Assembly (NCBI GenBank): GCA_964384415.1
Contig: CAYLMV010000004.1
Coordinates: forward strand, 6,103-70,102
Reading direction: 5' to 3'
Source of the DNA: an uncultured Chitinophagaceae bacterium
GTDB lineage: Bacteria; Bacteroidota; Ignavibacteria; UBA10030; UBA8401
Length of the DNA stretch: 64,000 nucleotides
The notes under the pieces were generated by a model, which was given only the letters and a program-made list of their open reading frames with translations, did no database searches and had not been told where the DNA came from. How positions within the stretch are numbered: position 1 is the stretch's first letter; each line of letters opens with the position of its first letter. Shown piece by piece: positions 27,197 through 35,954 of this stretch. Position numbers and translations under genes: made by a program.

Positions 27197-28419
27197 ACAT
27201 TTGCCTCCGTTGCCGGAGCAGCGTGGGCGGGAAAGGAGACCCGGGCAATCGTCCCTTTGTCCGGGGCGCTGTTCAGGATGAGCGATCCCCCGTGACTTTT
27301 GACGATGCTGTAAGAAACGGAAAGGCCGAGTCCGGTTCCCCCCATTTCCCGTTTCGTCGTGAAGAAGGGATCCATGATGTACTGCAAATCCGCTGATTTG
27401 ATTCCGATGCCCTGGTCCTCCACCTTGATCCTGACCTTGTCTCTGATTCTGTTGAAATATGTCGAAACCTTTATCTCCGCCGATGTATCTCGCAGAGACT
27501 GGCACGCATTATTAATGAGATTGATCACCACCTGTTCAAGCTGCTGAGCATTGCCTTTGATTGCCGGAATATCGGCTCCGTATTCGACCTTGAAATTGGA
27601 GGTCGTCTTCCTGATCAGATTTCCCGTGATGAGTACCGCCATTTCCACAACCTTGTTGACCTCGACGAGCTCGTTGAGCTGGCCGCTGTCGGCGCGGGCG
27701 TACTCGGTAAGACTTTTGGTGATATTTTGTATCCTCTCGGATCCCCTGAAGATCCCGTCAAGCGACTGTGCAATCTTTTCTTTGGATGCGCTGTACGGCA
27801 TCCCCGCGATGCTGAAATCGCCGTTCTGAGAGTAGTACGAATCGAGGACGGGAGCAATATCTTTCCAGACCTTGGTGAAGAGCTGCACATTGAGGAGGAT
27901 GAAATTGTTTGGATTGCTTATTTCATGCGCGATGCCCGATACCAGAATTCCGAGCGAAGCCATTTTGTCTGCCTGCTTCAGCTGCTGATTGCGGAGGGCC
28001 GCGGCAACTTCTGCTTTCTTTAGCTGCGTGATATCGTTGATCAGCCCGTCGTAGGCAACAGGATTACCGGCCTCATCTTTCGTGAGGACGATTTTGTTCT
28101 TTATCCATCGAATGGAACCGTCCCGATGAACAATCCGATGTTCGAGGGGATCAACTTCCTGTCCGGCGAGAGCCAACCGCGCCTGGTTGAGCACTTTCTC
28201 CCGGTCCCTTTTGTGGACCATTCTAAACCAGAGGTCAGGATCTTGTTTGTAGTCGTCCGACGTGTAGCCGGTGACCGAAACACATCCCGGACCATGGAGC
28301 GTGTCGACGACGACTCCGTTTTGTATCGTAACGGTGTAGATGTAATCCGTCAGATAGTTAATAAGTTTTTCGTAGCGTTGCCCTATTTCCATCCACCATC
28401 CAACAAAAGTGTTTGACAA
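27193..28419 (-). CDS. Cytoplasmic PAS-domain sensor histidine kinase
   Basis: The PAS block is YKQDPDLWFRMVHKRDREKV...HRIVHRDGSIRWIKNK...INDITQLKKAE. The H-box is GIAHEISNPNNF. The HATPase blocks are NLINNACQS, DQGIGI and GGTGLGLSVS. There are no transmembrane segments. The track start at 28419 is a TTG, and an ATG alternative lies at 28392. Confidence 0.85.
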   Translation of the reverse strand: MSNTFVGWWMEIGQRYEKLINYLTDYIYTVTIQNGVVVDTLHGPGCVSVTGYTSDDYKQDPDLWFRMVHKRDREKVLNQARLALAGQEVDPLEHRIVHRDGSIRWIKNKIVLTKDEAGNPVAYDGLINDITQLKKAEVAAALRNQQLKQADKMASLGILVSGIAHEISNPNNFILLNVQLFTKVWKDIAPVLDSYYSQNGDFSIAGMPYSASKEKIAQSLDGIFRGSERIQNITKSLTEYARADSGQLNELVEVNKVVEMAVLITGNLIRKTTSNFKVEYGADIPAIKGNAQQLEQVVINLINNACQSLRDTSAEIKVSTYFNRIRDKVRIKVEDQGIGIKSADLQYIMDPFFTTKREMGGTGLGLSVSYSIVKSHGGSLILNSAPDKGTIARVSFPAHAAPATEANV

Positions 28420-28684
28420 GTATTATACTAAATATATGAATCTTTAAAGATTTATAGAAGCGAATCGTTGTCTGGCGGAAAGAAAAATGGAGCGTGCACG
28501 TAACCGAATCAGCTCCCGTTCAATATCAGCCTTTGTCATCATACGTTGATTCGCGAAAACGATCCCATGAGGAACGAATCTTTAGCATCTTTCATGCGTA
28601 AGAATCAATGGGAGTTGAACGCCGCTGAATATCATCCCGGTTCAATCGCTCCCGGTTTCGCATTTGAATCAAAGAGACTACACC

Positions 28685-29926
28685 ATGCACGAATCCCCTC
28701 AACATGCCAGCTTCGAGGACGATGTTCGGCATTTGACCTCCAAGTACGTCGGGGTCTGGCACGAACTTCCAGATGCTGAGCCGGAATTCAATCGCCGATT
28801 CACCCAATGGCAGCAGCGTGAAAATGAGAGACAAGTGTCGCAACAGCTCCAAAAAGCTCCCCGCTCGTATGGAGTATACGATTCATTGACGGATGATGAC
28901 AAAGCCCATATCTCGCTCGACGTAATGAAGTCAGTTGCCGGATCATCGCTGTTGTCGCGTGAAATACAAAACGATAGGTTTTTCACGGAATCAGAGAAGG
29001 TAACAAGGCGCTTTTTGAATGAGGCAAAGGCCTTTGATCCGACCCTGTCTGAAGGGGATCTTCATCAGGCGCTGCGGAATCTCTGGGTATTCAACAGCAT
29101 TCAATTGTTTACAGGAAAAAGCATTCTGCTCACTCCCTCGTCATTCGCATACAGTCTTTTGTATCCCTACGTTGACAACGGGCTCGATGCCGCAGAGCGT
29201 ACAGCGGAAGACAAAATCGGGTTGGTTCGCTGGATCTCGAAATGGTTTCGCGGGAATGGATGCCCGCCCATCGATGATTTGACGAACAAGATCGGGCGGC
29301 TCCTTTCCATGATAAGTGAAGAATACCCGCGCAAGGAATTCCCCAAGGTATATCATAGCCTGCATGCTATTCTCTCTGCACAGCAGAAGAGCATCCTGTT
29401 CCAATATGACCAGTCGGCACTCGATGATACATATCTCTTGACAGTGACAGTGGAAAAAGGGGGGACGTCCGTTCTGGCCGACGGATACCTGGCGGCGGGG
29501 GATCTGAGTGCGAGTTCAGCCGATGCTATCTTTGAATACGGGGTTGTGCTTCAGTTAATCGATGACCTGCAGGATCTCGGGGAGGACAATACTTCCGGCC
29601 ACGAGACTCCATTTCAAAGGTACGCTGAGAGGAGTGAAACCGAGAAAATTACGCAACGGCTCCTCCGATTTTCCGGACGGTGCGCCACCCACCTGGGCAA
29701 AGAAGATAATTCGCGAAGTGATTCAATTCAACAGATGATCGAGCGAAGTTGCACTTTCCTTATTCTCGATGCAGTTGCTCAACACTTTGTTCACTATTCC
29801 GAACAATTTCTCCATAGAATTGAATCTGCGATGCCCTTACGTCCCGCTTTTTTGCGGGAACTGCATAAGGAAAGGGAGTTACGCCAATCCCGGTATTCAA
29901 AGGAGGCCGCGCTAAGTCTTCATTAA
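28685..29926 (+). CDS. Divergent class I isoprenoid-synthase-fold protein (trans-prenyltransferase-like), function unknown
   Basis: I re-picked the start to the ATG at 28685. The second Asp-rich region fits the polyprenyl-synthase pattern: EKGGTSVLADGYLAAG...FEYGVVLQLIDDLQDLGED, compare K..a......GA.LAG...fG..fQ..DD..D. The first motif is degenerate (LLYPYVDNGLDAAER). The assignment is by motif pattern only. Confidence 0.45.
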   Translation: MHESPQHASFEDDVRHLTSKYVGVWHELPDAEPEFNRRFTQWQQRENERQVSQQLQKAPRSYGVYDSLTDDDKAHISLDVMKSVAGSSLLSREIQNDRFFTESEKVTRRFLNEAKAFDPTLSEGDLHQALRNLWVFNSIQLFTGKSILLTPSSFAYSLLYPYVDNGLDAAERTAEDKIGLVRWISKWFRGNGCPPIDDLTNKIGRLLSMISEEYPRKEFPKVYHSLHAILSAQQKSILFQYDQSALDDTYLLTVTVEKGGTSVLADGYLAAGDLSASSADAIFEYGVVLQLIDDLQDLGEDNTSGHETPFQRYAERSETEKITQRLLRFSGRCATHLGKEDNSRSDSIQQMIERSCTFLILDAVAQHFVHYSEQFLHRIESAMPLRPAFLRELHKERELRQSRYSKEAALSLH

Positions 29927-29970
29927 TGTCGTCCATCTTGATTTCATCTCGCTGCAAGTCTCTATCCGCG

Positions 29971-30014
29971 ATTCCATCATCCCCACCATTCCATTATTCC
30001 ATTTCCCCACCTAA
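29971..30014 (+). repeat. 44-nt G-free, C/T/A tract with ATTCCA/CCCCACC repeats immediately 3' of the isoprenoid-synthase-like gene
   Basis: The sequence is ATTCCATCATCCCCACCATTCCATTATTCCATTTCCCCACCTAA and contains no G. It starts 45 nt after the stop codon. Confidence 0.6.
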
Positions 30015-30262
30015 GTCACTTTTACAGACAAGAGTTCTTATTCCCCTAATAATTTAACCTCACAGCTCTTACCGTACCGTAATACTGCGGCAACACATCG
30101 CAATTATATTTGTCCCCGGGTCAACGGAGCTTCTTTGTATTCCGTCTCCTTCGATAAACGATGTTCGAACTCCCGGTCAAAAATCAAAAGAGCAAACTAA
30201 TCGAGACAGAACTACTATTTCATCGACAACAGGATTCGAACAAGAAGACAATTGTGCATGCA

Positions 30263-33043
30263 ATGAGTTCCATTCGCGTGATCGCGCTTCTTCTCACCTG
30301 CGTGTTTGCGTTAAATGCTCTCGATGCAGGAACAATCCAGGGGATTGTGAGGGCTAGATCCAATAATGAGCCCATCGTCGGCGCGAGCATAAGCGTACTG
30401 GGGACCGTATTGGGAAGCGTAAGTGGTGAAGATGGAGCGTTTAGAGTAGATCGCATACCGTCGGGTGTCTACTCTGTCCGAATTGAAATGCTCGGCTTCA
30501 AAAAGAAAGAAATTATGAACTTAGATGTTCAATCCGATTCGGCGACTCTGCATATCAACATTCTCCTGGAAGATGCTCCCTTAAACATGGCTGAAGTTGT
30601 CGTCCAGGCCCGTGCTAACAGAGAACTTGAGTCATCCGGGATTCAAAGCGAGTTTCAGGCGAAGAATATTATCAGTGTTATCACAGCACAGACGATCGAT
30701 CGTTCCACCGACCGGACTGCCGCAGATGTCCTTCAACGCGTTTCGGGCATGTCGCTTATCCGCGATCAAGACGAAGGGCGGTATGTCGTTATGCGCGGCC
30801 TGGCTCAACAATACAACAATACTCTCGTCGATGGGATCAAAATACCGAGCCCGGAGTCCAATGACCGATTCCTGCCGCTGGATATTTTTCCGTCCGGACT
30901 CTTTGAGCGGATCGAAGTTACCAAGTCTCTCACTCCTGATGTTGCTGGGGATGCGATAGGCGGATCGACAAATCTTTTACTGCGTGAAGCTCCTGAGAGG
31001 TTTGTGTTTTCCGCAAGTGTCGCCGAGGGATCCACCTCAAGCGTTGCCGGCAACGGGTTTAGCGTCTTTAACAGAAGGACTGTCAACGAACTCGACCCTG
31101 AGCGCCTCCATGGAACCGTGAGCGATGCAGATCCTACCGCGCAGATCAAACCCCGGTACAATCCACCCGCTTCTGACTTTACAACCGCCAATCTGAAATT
31201 CACAAATGGCACGGCACCGGTTGACGGACTTTATTCCGCTCTTATCGGCAATCGTTTTTTTGGAGAAAAGCTCGGGCTGATGGCTGCGGGCAGTTTTCAG
31301 AATACCTATAACCGAATTCAAACGGATTTCTACTCTCTCGGATCCGATATCAACACCGTCGACAGTGAGGGACACCTCATTCCCTATGCATCCACATATG
31401 ACAATCAAACCTACTACACAAACAGGACTCGGGACGGTGCGGTAGCAAAGGCGGATTTTATCGCGGATGAAGGACAAGAACTGTCCTCAACTTATATGTT
31501 TGTCCGACAGGAGGAGGCGCAAACTCGTTTCGGGCTTCAGACGGAAATTGACGGGGCAAGAGGCGCTAATGATCTCACCTACACCGATCGTTCCGCACTG
31601 AGGACTCAGGACGTCTCCAGCATCTCTTTCGCCGGGAGCCATTTTACGACCTCTCCTTTTTCTTTTAGCTGGGTAGCCAACAGCACCGATGCCGTCCAGG
31701 ATCGCCCCGACGAAGCCGAATACTCGCTCCTGCAGAATTACGACGCCCATGGAAATCTTCAGCCTTTTGTGGGATTAGGCAGCATTACGCATTCATGGAG
31801 AAAGAACGACGATCATCAATACCTGGGCAAAATGGATGGAACGCTGCGTTTGACGTCGGATGGGATGAATACTCTCCAGGCAGGATTCGTTGTGCAAAAA
31901 CTCAGCCGCGTGAACTATGAAGACGATTACAAACTCAACCCGTCGATCATTCACGGAAGCACACAGCCGTTTACCACGATCGATAGCGCTAAGGTCACCG
32001 TTTTCGGGTATGCGAGCACGTCGGGGACATCTGTGTACGGATATCAAAACTACAAGGCCAGCGAAAAATTCTTTTCTTCGTATCTGCAGTACACCCTCAA
32101 TCTTGGGCAGCTTCAAATCCTAAGCGGGTTGAGATGGGAACAGGCACATGATAACTACTTTACCATGGCGTCGGCGTCCTTCACAGGGCAGCACGCTGAC
32201 GTCAAAATGGTGGATTTCTTGCCGGGAATCCATTTCAGATACGAGTTCACCCCGGAACAAATCGGCCGGCTTTCGATTTCCCGCACCCTCAGCCGTCCCA
32301 GCTATTTTGACCTTGTTCCAGCAGTTGACCGGTCCGACGCAAGCCAGTCCCAAGGAAATCCTAATCTGCTTCCGGCACGTGCAACAAACGTCGATCTCCG
32401 CTATGAGTATAACCCCAACCCGTCAGACGTGTATTCTGCCGGCGTCTATTACAAGAGAATAACCGATCCGATCGAAGACCAATTTCAATCGGTCGGTGTG
32501 GTCCTGGTAACGACGAAAGGGAATGGCGATCCGGCAACGGTCTACGGATTCGAAGCAGTCCTCTCAAAGCATCTTGGCCCGATCGGTATTTCTGCAAATT
32601 ACAGTTATGTCGTCTCGAGAATTACGAGCACAAAACAGGTTTCGGCAGAAAACCTCAACGGAGATCTGGTTCAAACATATTACCAGCAAACCCGGCCGCT
32701 CCAATCGCAGTCTCCGCAGATCGCCAATGTCATTCTTTCGTACGGGAACGAAAGCTGGGGCACAGAAGCAACTGTGTCCTACAATTATACCGGGCGCCGT
32801 CTATTTGCCGTCAGCAGGCTGGATGGATATGACACATATCAGGATGGTGTGGGCGAGATCGATCTCTCCGCCGACCAGCAATTGTTTGCCAATCTGAAGT
32901 TGAGCGTAAAGCTGATCAATCTTACAAGCGCTCCGGCGATCACGGAAGTAGCTTCGGGCGATTTCATCAAGCATGATCCAATTGTTATCGAACGTGATTT
33001 GAATCGTATGCGGGGCTCGATTGGGATCAGCTACAGACTCTAG
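30263..33043 (+). CDS. TonB-dependent receptor with N-terminal carboxypeptidase-regulatory-like domain
   Basis: I re-picked the start to the ATG at 30263 (MSSIRVIALLLTCVFALNALDA). CarboxypepD_reg block: GTIQGIVRARSNNEPIVGASISVLGT...GAFRVDRIPSGVYSVRIEMLGF. Plug block: AADVLQRVSGMSLIRDQDEGRYVVMRGL...NTLVDGIKIP. It ends in the barrel strand GSIGISYRL. Confidence 0.85.
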   Translation: MSSIRVIALLLTCVFALNALDAGTIQGIVRARSNNEPIVGASISVLGTVLGSVSGEDGAFRVDRIPSGVYSVRIEMLGFKKKEIMNLDVQSDSATLHINILLEDAPLNMAEVVVQARANRELESSGIQSEFQAKNIISVITAQTIDRSTDRTAADVLQRVSGMSLIRDQDEGRYVVMRGLAQQYNNTLVDGIKIPSPESNDRFLPLDIFPSGLFERIEVTKSLTPDVAGDAIGGSTNLLLREAPERFVFSASVAEGSTSSVAGNGFSVFNRRTVNELDPERLHGTVSDADPTAQIKPRYNPPASDFTTANLKFTNGTAPVDGLYSALIGNRFFGEKLGLMAAGSFQNTYNRIQTDFYSLGSDINTVDSEGHLIPYASTYDNQTYYTNRTRDGAVAKADFIADEGQELSSTYMFVRQEEAQTRFGLQTEIDGARGANDLTYTDRSALRTQDVSSISFAGSHFTTSPFSFSWVANSTDAVQDRPDEAEYSLLQNYDAHGNLQPFVGLGSITHSWRKNDDHQYLGKMDGTLRLTSDGMNTLQAGFVVQKLSRVNYEDDYKLNPSIIHGSTQPFTTIDSAKVTVFGYASTSGTSVYGYQNYKASEKFFSSYLQYTLNLGQLQILSGLRWEQAHDNYFTMASASFTGQHADVKMVDFLPGIHFRYEFTPEQIGRLSISRTLSRPSYFDLVPAVDRSDASQSQGNPNLLPARATNVDLRYEYNPNPSDVYSAGVYYKRITDPIEDQFQSVGVVLVTTKGNGDPATVYGFEAVLSKHLGPIGISANYSYVVSRITSTKQVSAENLNGDLVQTYYQQTRPLQSQSPQIANVILSYGNESWGTEATVSYNYTGRRLFAVSRLDGYDTYQDGVGEIDLSADQQLFANLKLSVKLINLTSAPAITEVASGDFIKHDPIVIERDLNRMRGSIGISYRL

Positions 33044-33108
33044 CGAGAGCGTGCTCGATCAGAAATTCAACCAACCCATCTAATCATAAATAGATCCAAG
33101 GAGGTACC

Positions 33109-34563
33109 ATGTCGAAAATCCTTATAGCTATGCTCTTCTTTGTTCTGGCGGGCACGACGAACTCGCAGGCTCAGCTTCCGCTGACGCTTTCCGGCGTTGT
33201 CAAAGGGAGAACATCGCCAAACCTCACTTACACTGTTCAGGATAGTCTGGTGATCAATGCCGGAGACACTCTCCAGATCAGCTCTGGCGACACCTTAATC
33301 ATGGCAAGCCCTACCGGTTGGATTCATGTCCTCGGCACCTTTATTTGCGATGGCACGAAGGCGAGCCCTAATTTCATCACAGTTCCGGTAGATAAAAGAA
33401 CGGGGCCCGGCCAATGGGGAGGAATCGTGGGAGACTCGTGTGCCTACTTTGAAATGAAGTGGACGACTATTCTTTGGGCGGGAGGGAGCGATGTATCGGG
33501 CCACGCGTATCGCACCATCGATATCTATTCGGATTTTGCCAACACCACAACAACAGTTTTTACGGACAATACTGTCATTGGCACAGTCGACGATTGCATC
33601 GGTCTGCATGGCGGGAATGCCAGCATTCTTCGGAATACGATCAAATGGTGCGGGGCGCCGGACGGCGATAACATTAACATCAAAGCCGGAACCATCGGTG
33701 AGGTAGCCTATAATGTGATCTGGGGCTCGGGCGGAAACGGCATTAAGATCAATGCAGATGTGACCTTGCCGCGGTTAACAAACATGTGCGTTCATAACAA
33801 TACCATTGTCGCGGGCGGATGGCGGCGCGTCGGAGAACTCGGCTATGCGATTCTGGTCGATGGCAGCGGCCGTGCGCAAATCTATAATAATATCATGGGC
33901 GACATGTACCAGGAACTTGAGATCACGACAAAAGCAGACACGGTCCGGACCGTCCATGACGATAACCTTTATTTCTACTCAGTCGACAGCCTGGGTGGAT
34001 CGGCACGGTACTTTCCAGACGATGGAGTGAACAGGCAATCAGCTCATGATATTGTTGGAATCAAGGCAAGCGCACTTTTTGTCAGTTACAATCCATTCTT
34101 TTCAAACGATTGGTTCGCGCTCGATGGAAACAACGACTACCATCTTCTCTCGACGTCGATGGCCGCAGGTCATGGATTTACGCCGCCGGGTTCATGGACA
34201 AATCCCTATTTCGCCGGTAATCTGCCGGGTGACGTCAATATCGGGGCGCTTGCTCCCTCTGTGACGTCAGGCGCGAACAAATCCATAAACCCACTGCCAT
34301 CGGGCTACACATTGGAACAGAACTATCCGAACCCCTTTAACCCATCGACGGTGATCAGTTATCAGTTACCGGTGAACAGCCATGTGACGCTCAGGGTCTT
34401 CAACATTTTAGGTCAAGAAATTGCAACGATTGCCGATGGAGAGCAGAGCGCAGGATTGCACACTGTCGGGTTCGATGCACATGATCTTGCGAGCGGTTTG
34501 TACTTCTATCGCTTGAGCACTCCCGGCCGCGATATTGTCAGAAAAATGCTTTTGATGAAGTAG
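33109..34563 (+). CDS. Secreted right-handed beta-helix repeat protein with T9SS type-A sorting domain
   Basis: An AAGGAGG Shine-Dalgarno sequence lies upstream, and there is a signal peptide. The repetitive G/N-rich coils (NTIKWCGAPDGDNINIKAG, VIWGSGGNGIKINAD, VHNNTIVAGG) are typical of pectate-lyase-fold proteins. The C-terminus is LEQNYPNPFNPSTVISYQLP...LYFYRLS...RKMLLMK. Confidence 0.7.
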   Translation: MSKILIAMLFFVLAGTTNSQAQLPLTLSGVVKGRTSPNLTYTVQDSLVINAGDTLQISSGDTLIMASPTGWIHVLGTFICDGTKASPNFITVPVDKRTGPGQWGGIVGDSCAYFEMKWTTILWAGGSDVSGHAYRTIDIYSDFANTTTTVFTDNTVIGTVDDCIGLHGGNASILRNTIKWCGAPDGDNINIKAGTIGEVAYNVIWGSGGNGIKINADVTLPRLTNMCVHNNTIVAGGWRRVGELGYAILVDGSGRAQIYNNIMGDMYQELEITTKADTVRTVHDDNLYFYSVDSLGGSARYFPDDGVNRQSAHDIVGIKASALFVSYNPFFSNDWFALDGNNDYHLLSTSMAAGHGFTPPGSWTNPYFAGNLPGDVNIGALAPSVTSGANKSINPLPSGYTLEQNYPNPFNPSTVISYQLPVNSHVTLRVFNILGQEIATIADGEQSAGLHTVGFDAHDLASGLYFYRLSTPGRDIVRKMLLMK

Positions 34564-34719
34564 TTCGAATACGAACAAGAACAGGGTGCCTTGATACAGT
34601 CTCCTGAAGATTGTATCGAGGCCGCCTGATGAATACGGGTAACCTCGCGGAATTGAGTTCGTCATTGGAAGCATGTGACCCCCAATTCTATCCTCATTAT
34701 CACACCGAACGGAGATTTC

Positions 34720-35640
34720 ATGCAACGCAAGACTAGCTTCGGATTGTACCTCTTGTTGTCTCTTCTTTTCCTATGTATTGACTCTCATCAGCCAAGGCTT
34801 TTCGCACAGCAAAAAATAAAAATAGCCCTCTGGGGAGATTCTAGGGAAAACGCAGAAAACGCCTGCTCGGATATTGCCCACATCTTGCTCTACAAGATTA
34901 CCGACTGGGACTTCCAGATTCATACGGGAGATTTCACTCACGACGGGAGCGAGGCTGCCTGGCAACGGACTCTGCATTATGCCGGTATTGACAGCGTTTT
35001 TGTGCGTGGGAAGTTTTTTATGACGACAAGCAATCATGAATTCAAGAGCAGCGCGGGCCGAGAGAATTTTGACAAGTATACCGCGGGGGTTTTGCCGGTA
35101 AACTCGGTAGACGGCACGACACACTTTTACTCCTATCACTTCGGCAACGTAGATGTCATTTGCTGCGACGGGTACGCTACGAGCCATGATGTCATGCAAC
35201 GCTGGCTCGACAGCCTCCTCGCTACGATTCCCGAGAATGATTGGATCATCGCCGCCTGGCACAATCCGACGTATGGAGATTTGTCGTACAAGGAAAGTTA
35301 CGCCGAGACCTGTTTGCCCTGGGTCAAGAGCCTCTATCAGCACCATTGCAAATTCATCGTGAATGGGCACGCTCATATTTACCTTAGAACAAAACCATTG
35401 CGTCCCGACGGGACGGTTGAAGACAAGGATGGTATTGTGCATATCATTAACGGGACCGGAGGAGCAAGTTTTAAGGATCCCACCCCTGAAAGCCCGAAGA
35501 CAGCGTTCGCTCCGGAGGGAAAGTCTTTTCCCTGCATAGCATTCCTCACGATCGAGGGAGACGAAGCGAAGCTCGAAACAGTCGACGCGCGGCCGGGCGA
35601 ACATCTCCGTATCATCGATAACTGCACATTTTATCGGTGA
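34720..35640 (+). CDS. Secreted metallophosphoesterase, purple-acid-phosphatase-like
   Basis: I re-picked the start to the ATG at 34720, which gives a signal peptide. The calcineurin-like motifs appear in order: ALWGDSRE, HTGDFTHDG, TSNHEF, AAWHNP, VNGHAHIY. Confidence 0.75.
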   Translation: MQRKTSFGLYLLLSLLFLCIDSHQPRLFAQQKIKIALWGDSRENAENACSDIAHILLYKITDWDFQIHTGDFTHDGSEAAWQRTLHYAGIDSVFVRGKFFMTTSNHEFKSSAGRENFDKYTAGVLPVNSVDGTTHFYSYHFGNVDVICCDGYATSHDVMQRWLDSLLATIPENDWIIAAWHNPTYGDLSYKESYAETCLPWVKSLYQHHCKFIVNGHAHIYLRTKPLRPDGTVEDKDGIVHIINGTGGASFKDPTPESPKTAFAPEGKSFPCIAFLTIEGDEAKLETVDARPGEHLRIIDNCTFYR

Positions 35641-35670
35641 TGTCCTGGATAGTGCATTGCTGTCAATAGG

Positions 35671-35695
35671 AGAGATTTACGTAATCTCTGTTTTC
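35671..35695 (+). terminator. Candidate rho-independent terminator after the phosphoesterase gene
   Basis: AGAGATT (35671-35677) pairs with AATCTCT (35683-35689) across the loop TACGT, followed by GTTTTC. The stem is short and AT-rich. Confidence 0.4.
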
Positions 35696-35954
35696 TGCAA
35701 TCTTCATTCCAAACCCGAATCCGCATCTTGATTGTATCGATTGGCCGGGCTGGACGAAAAGTGTTGGTACTGCAGATCGCCGGCCCCGCCCTAATCTCAT
35801 GTGACGGCTGCCTCCCATGCAATTGTGCTATACCGGACACCTCATCTTTCACGGACATCTCTTAAGGATTACCCTCAATGCAATGTCTGTTTATCCTTGG
35901 TAACTCTCCCTCTTTTTCGTATCTTCCTAGCCGAACCTCTATCACGATGCGTCG

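Noticed and set aside
27197-27505. The N-terminal extension of the response-regulator ORF (578 aa in the track)
   Set aside because: The extension overlaps the 3' end of the kinase gene and translates to Gly/Arg/Gln-rich junk. The internal ATG at 27196 gives a canonical receiver-domain N-terminus and an ATGA overlap with the kinase stop.
29927-30262. A possible cobalamin, TPP or other riboswitch in the 336-nt leader of the TonB-dependent receptor
   Set aside because: I found no B12-box-like (GCCACTG-type) or other conserved riboswitch core by eye. The region is dominated by the G-free repeat tract instead.
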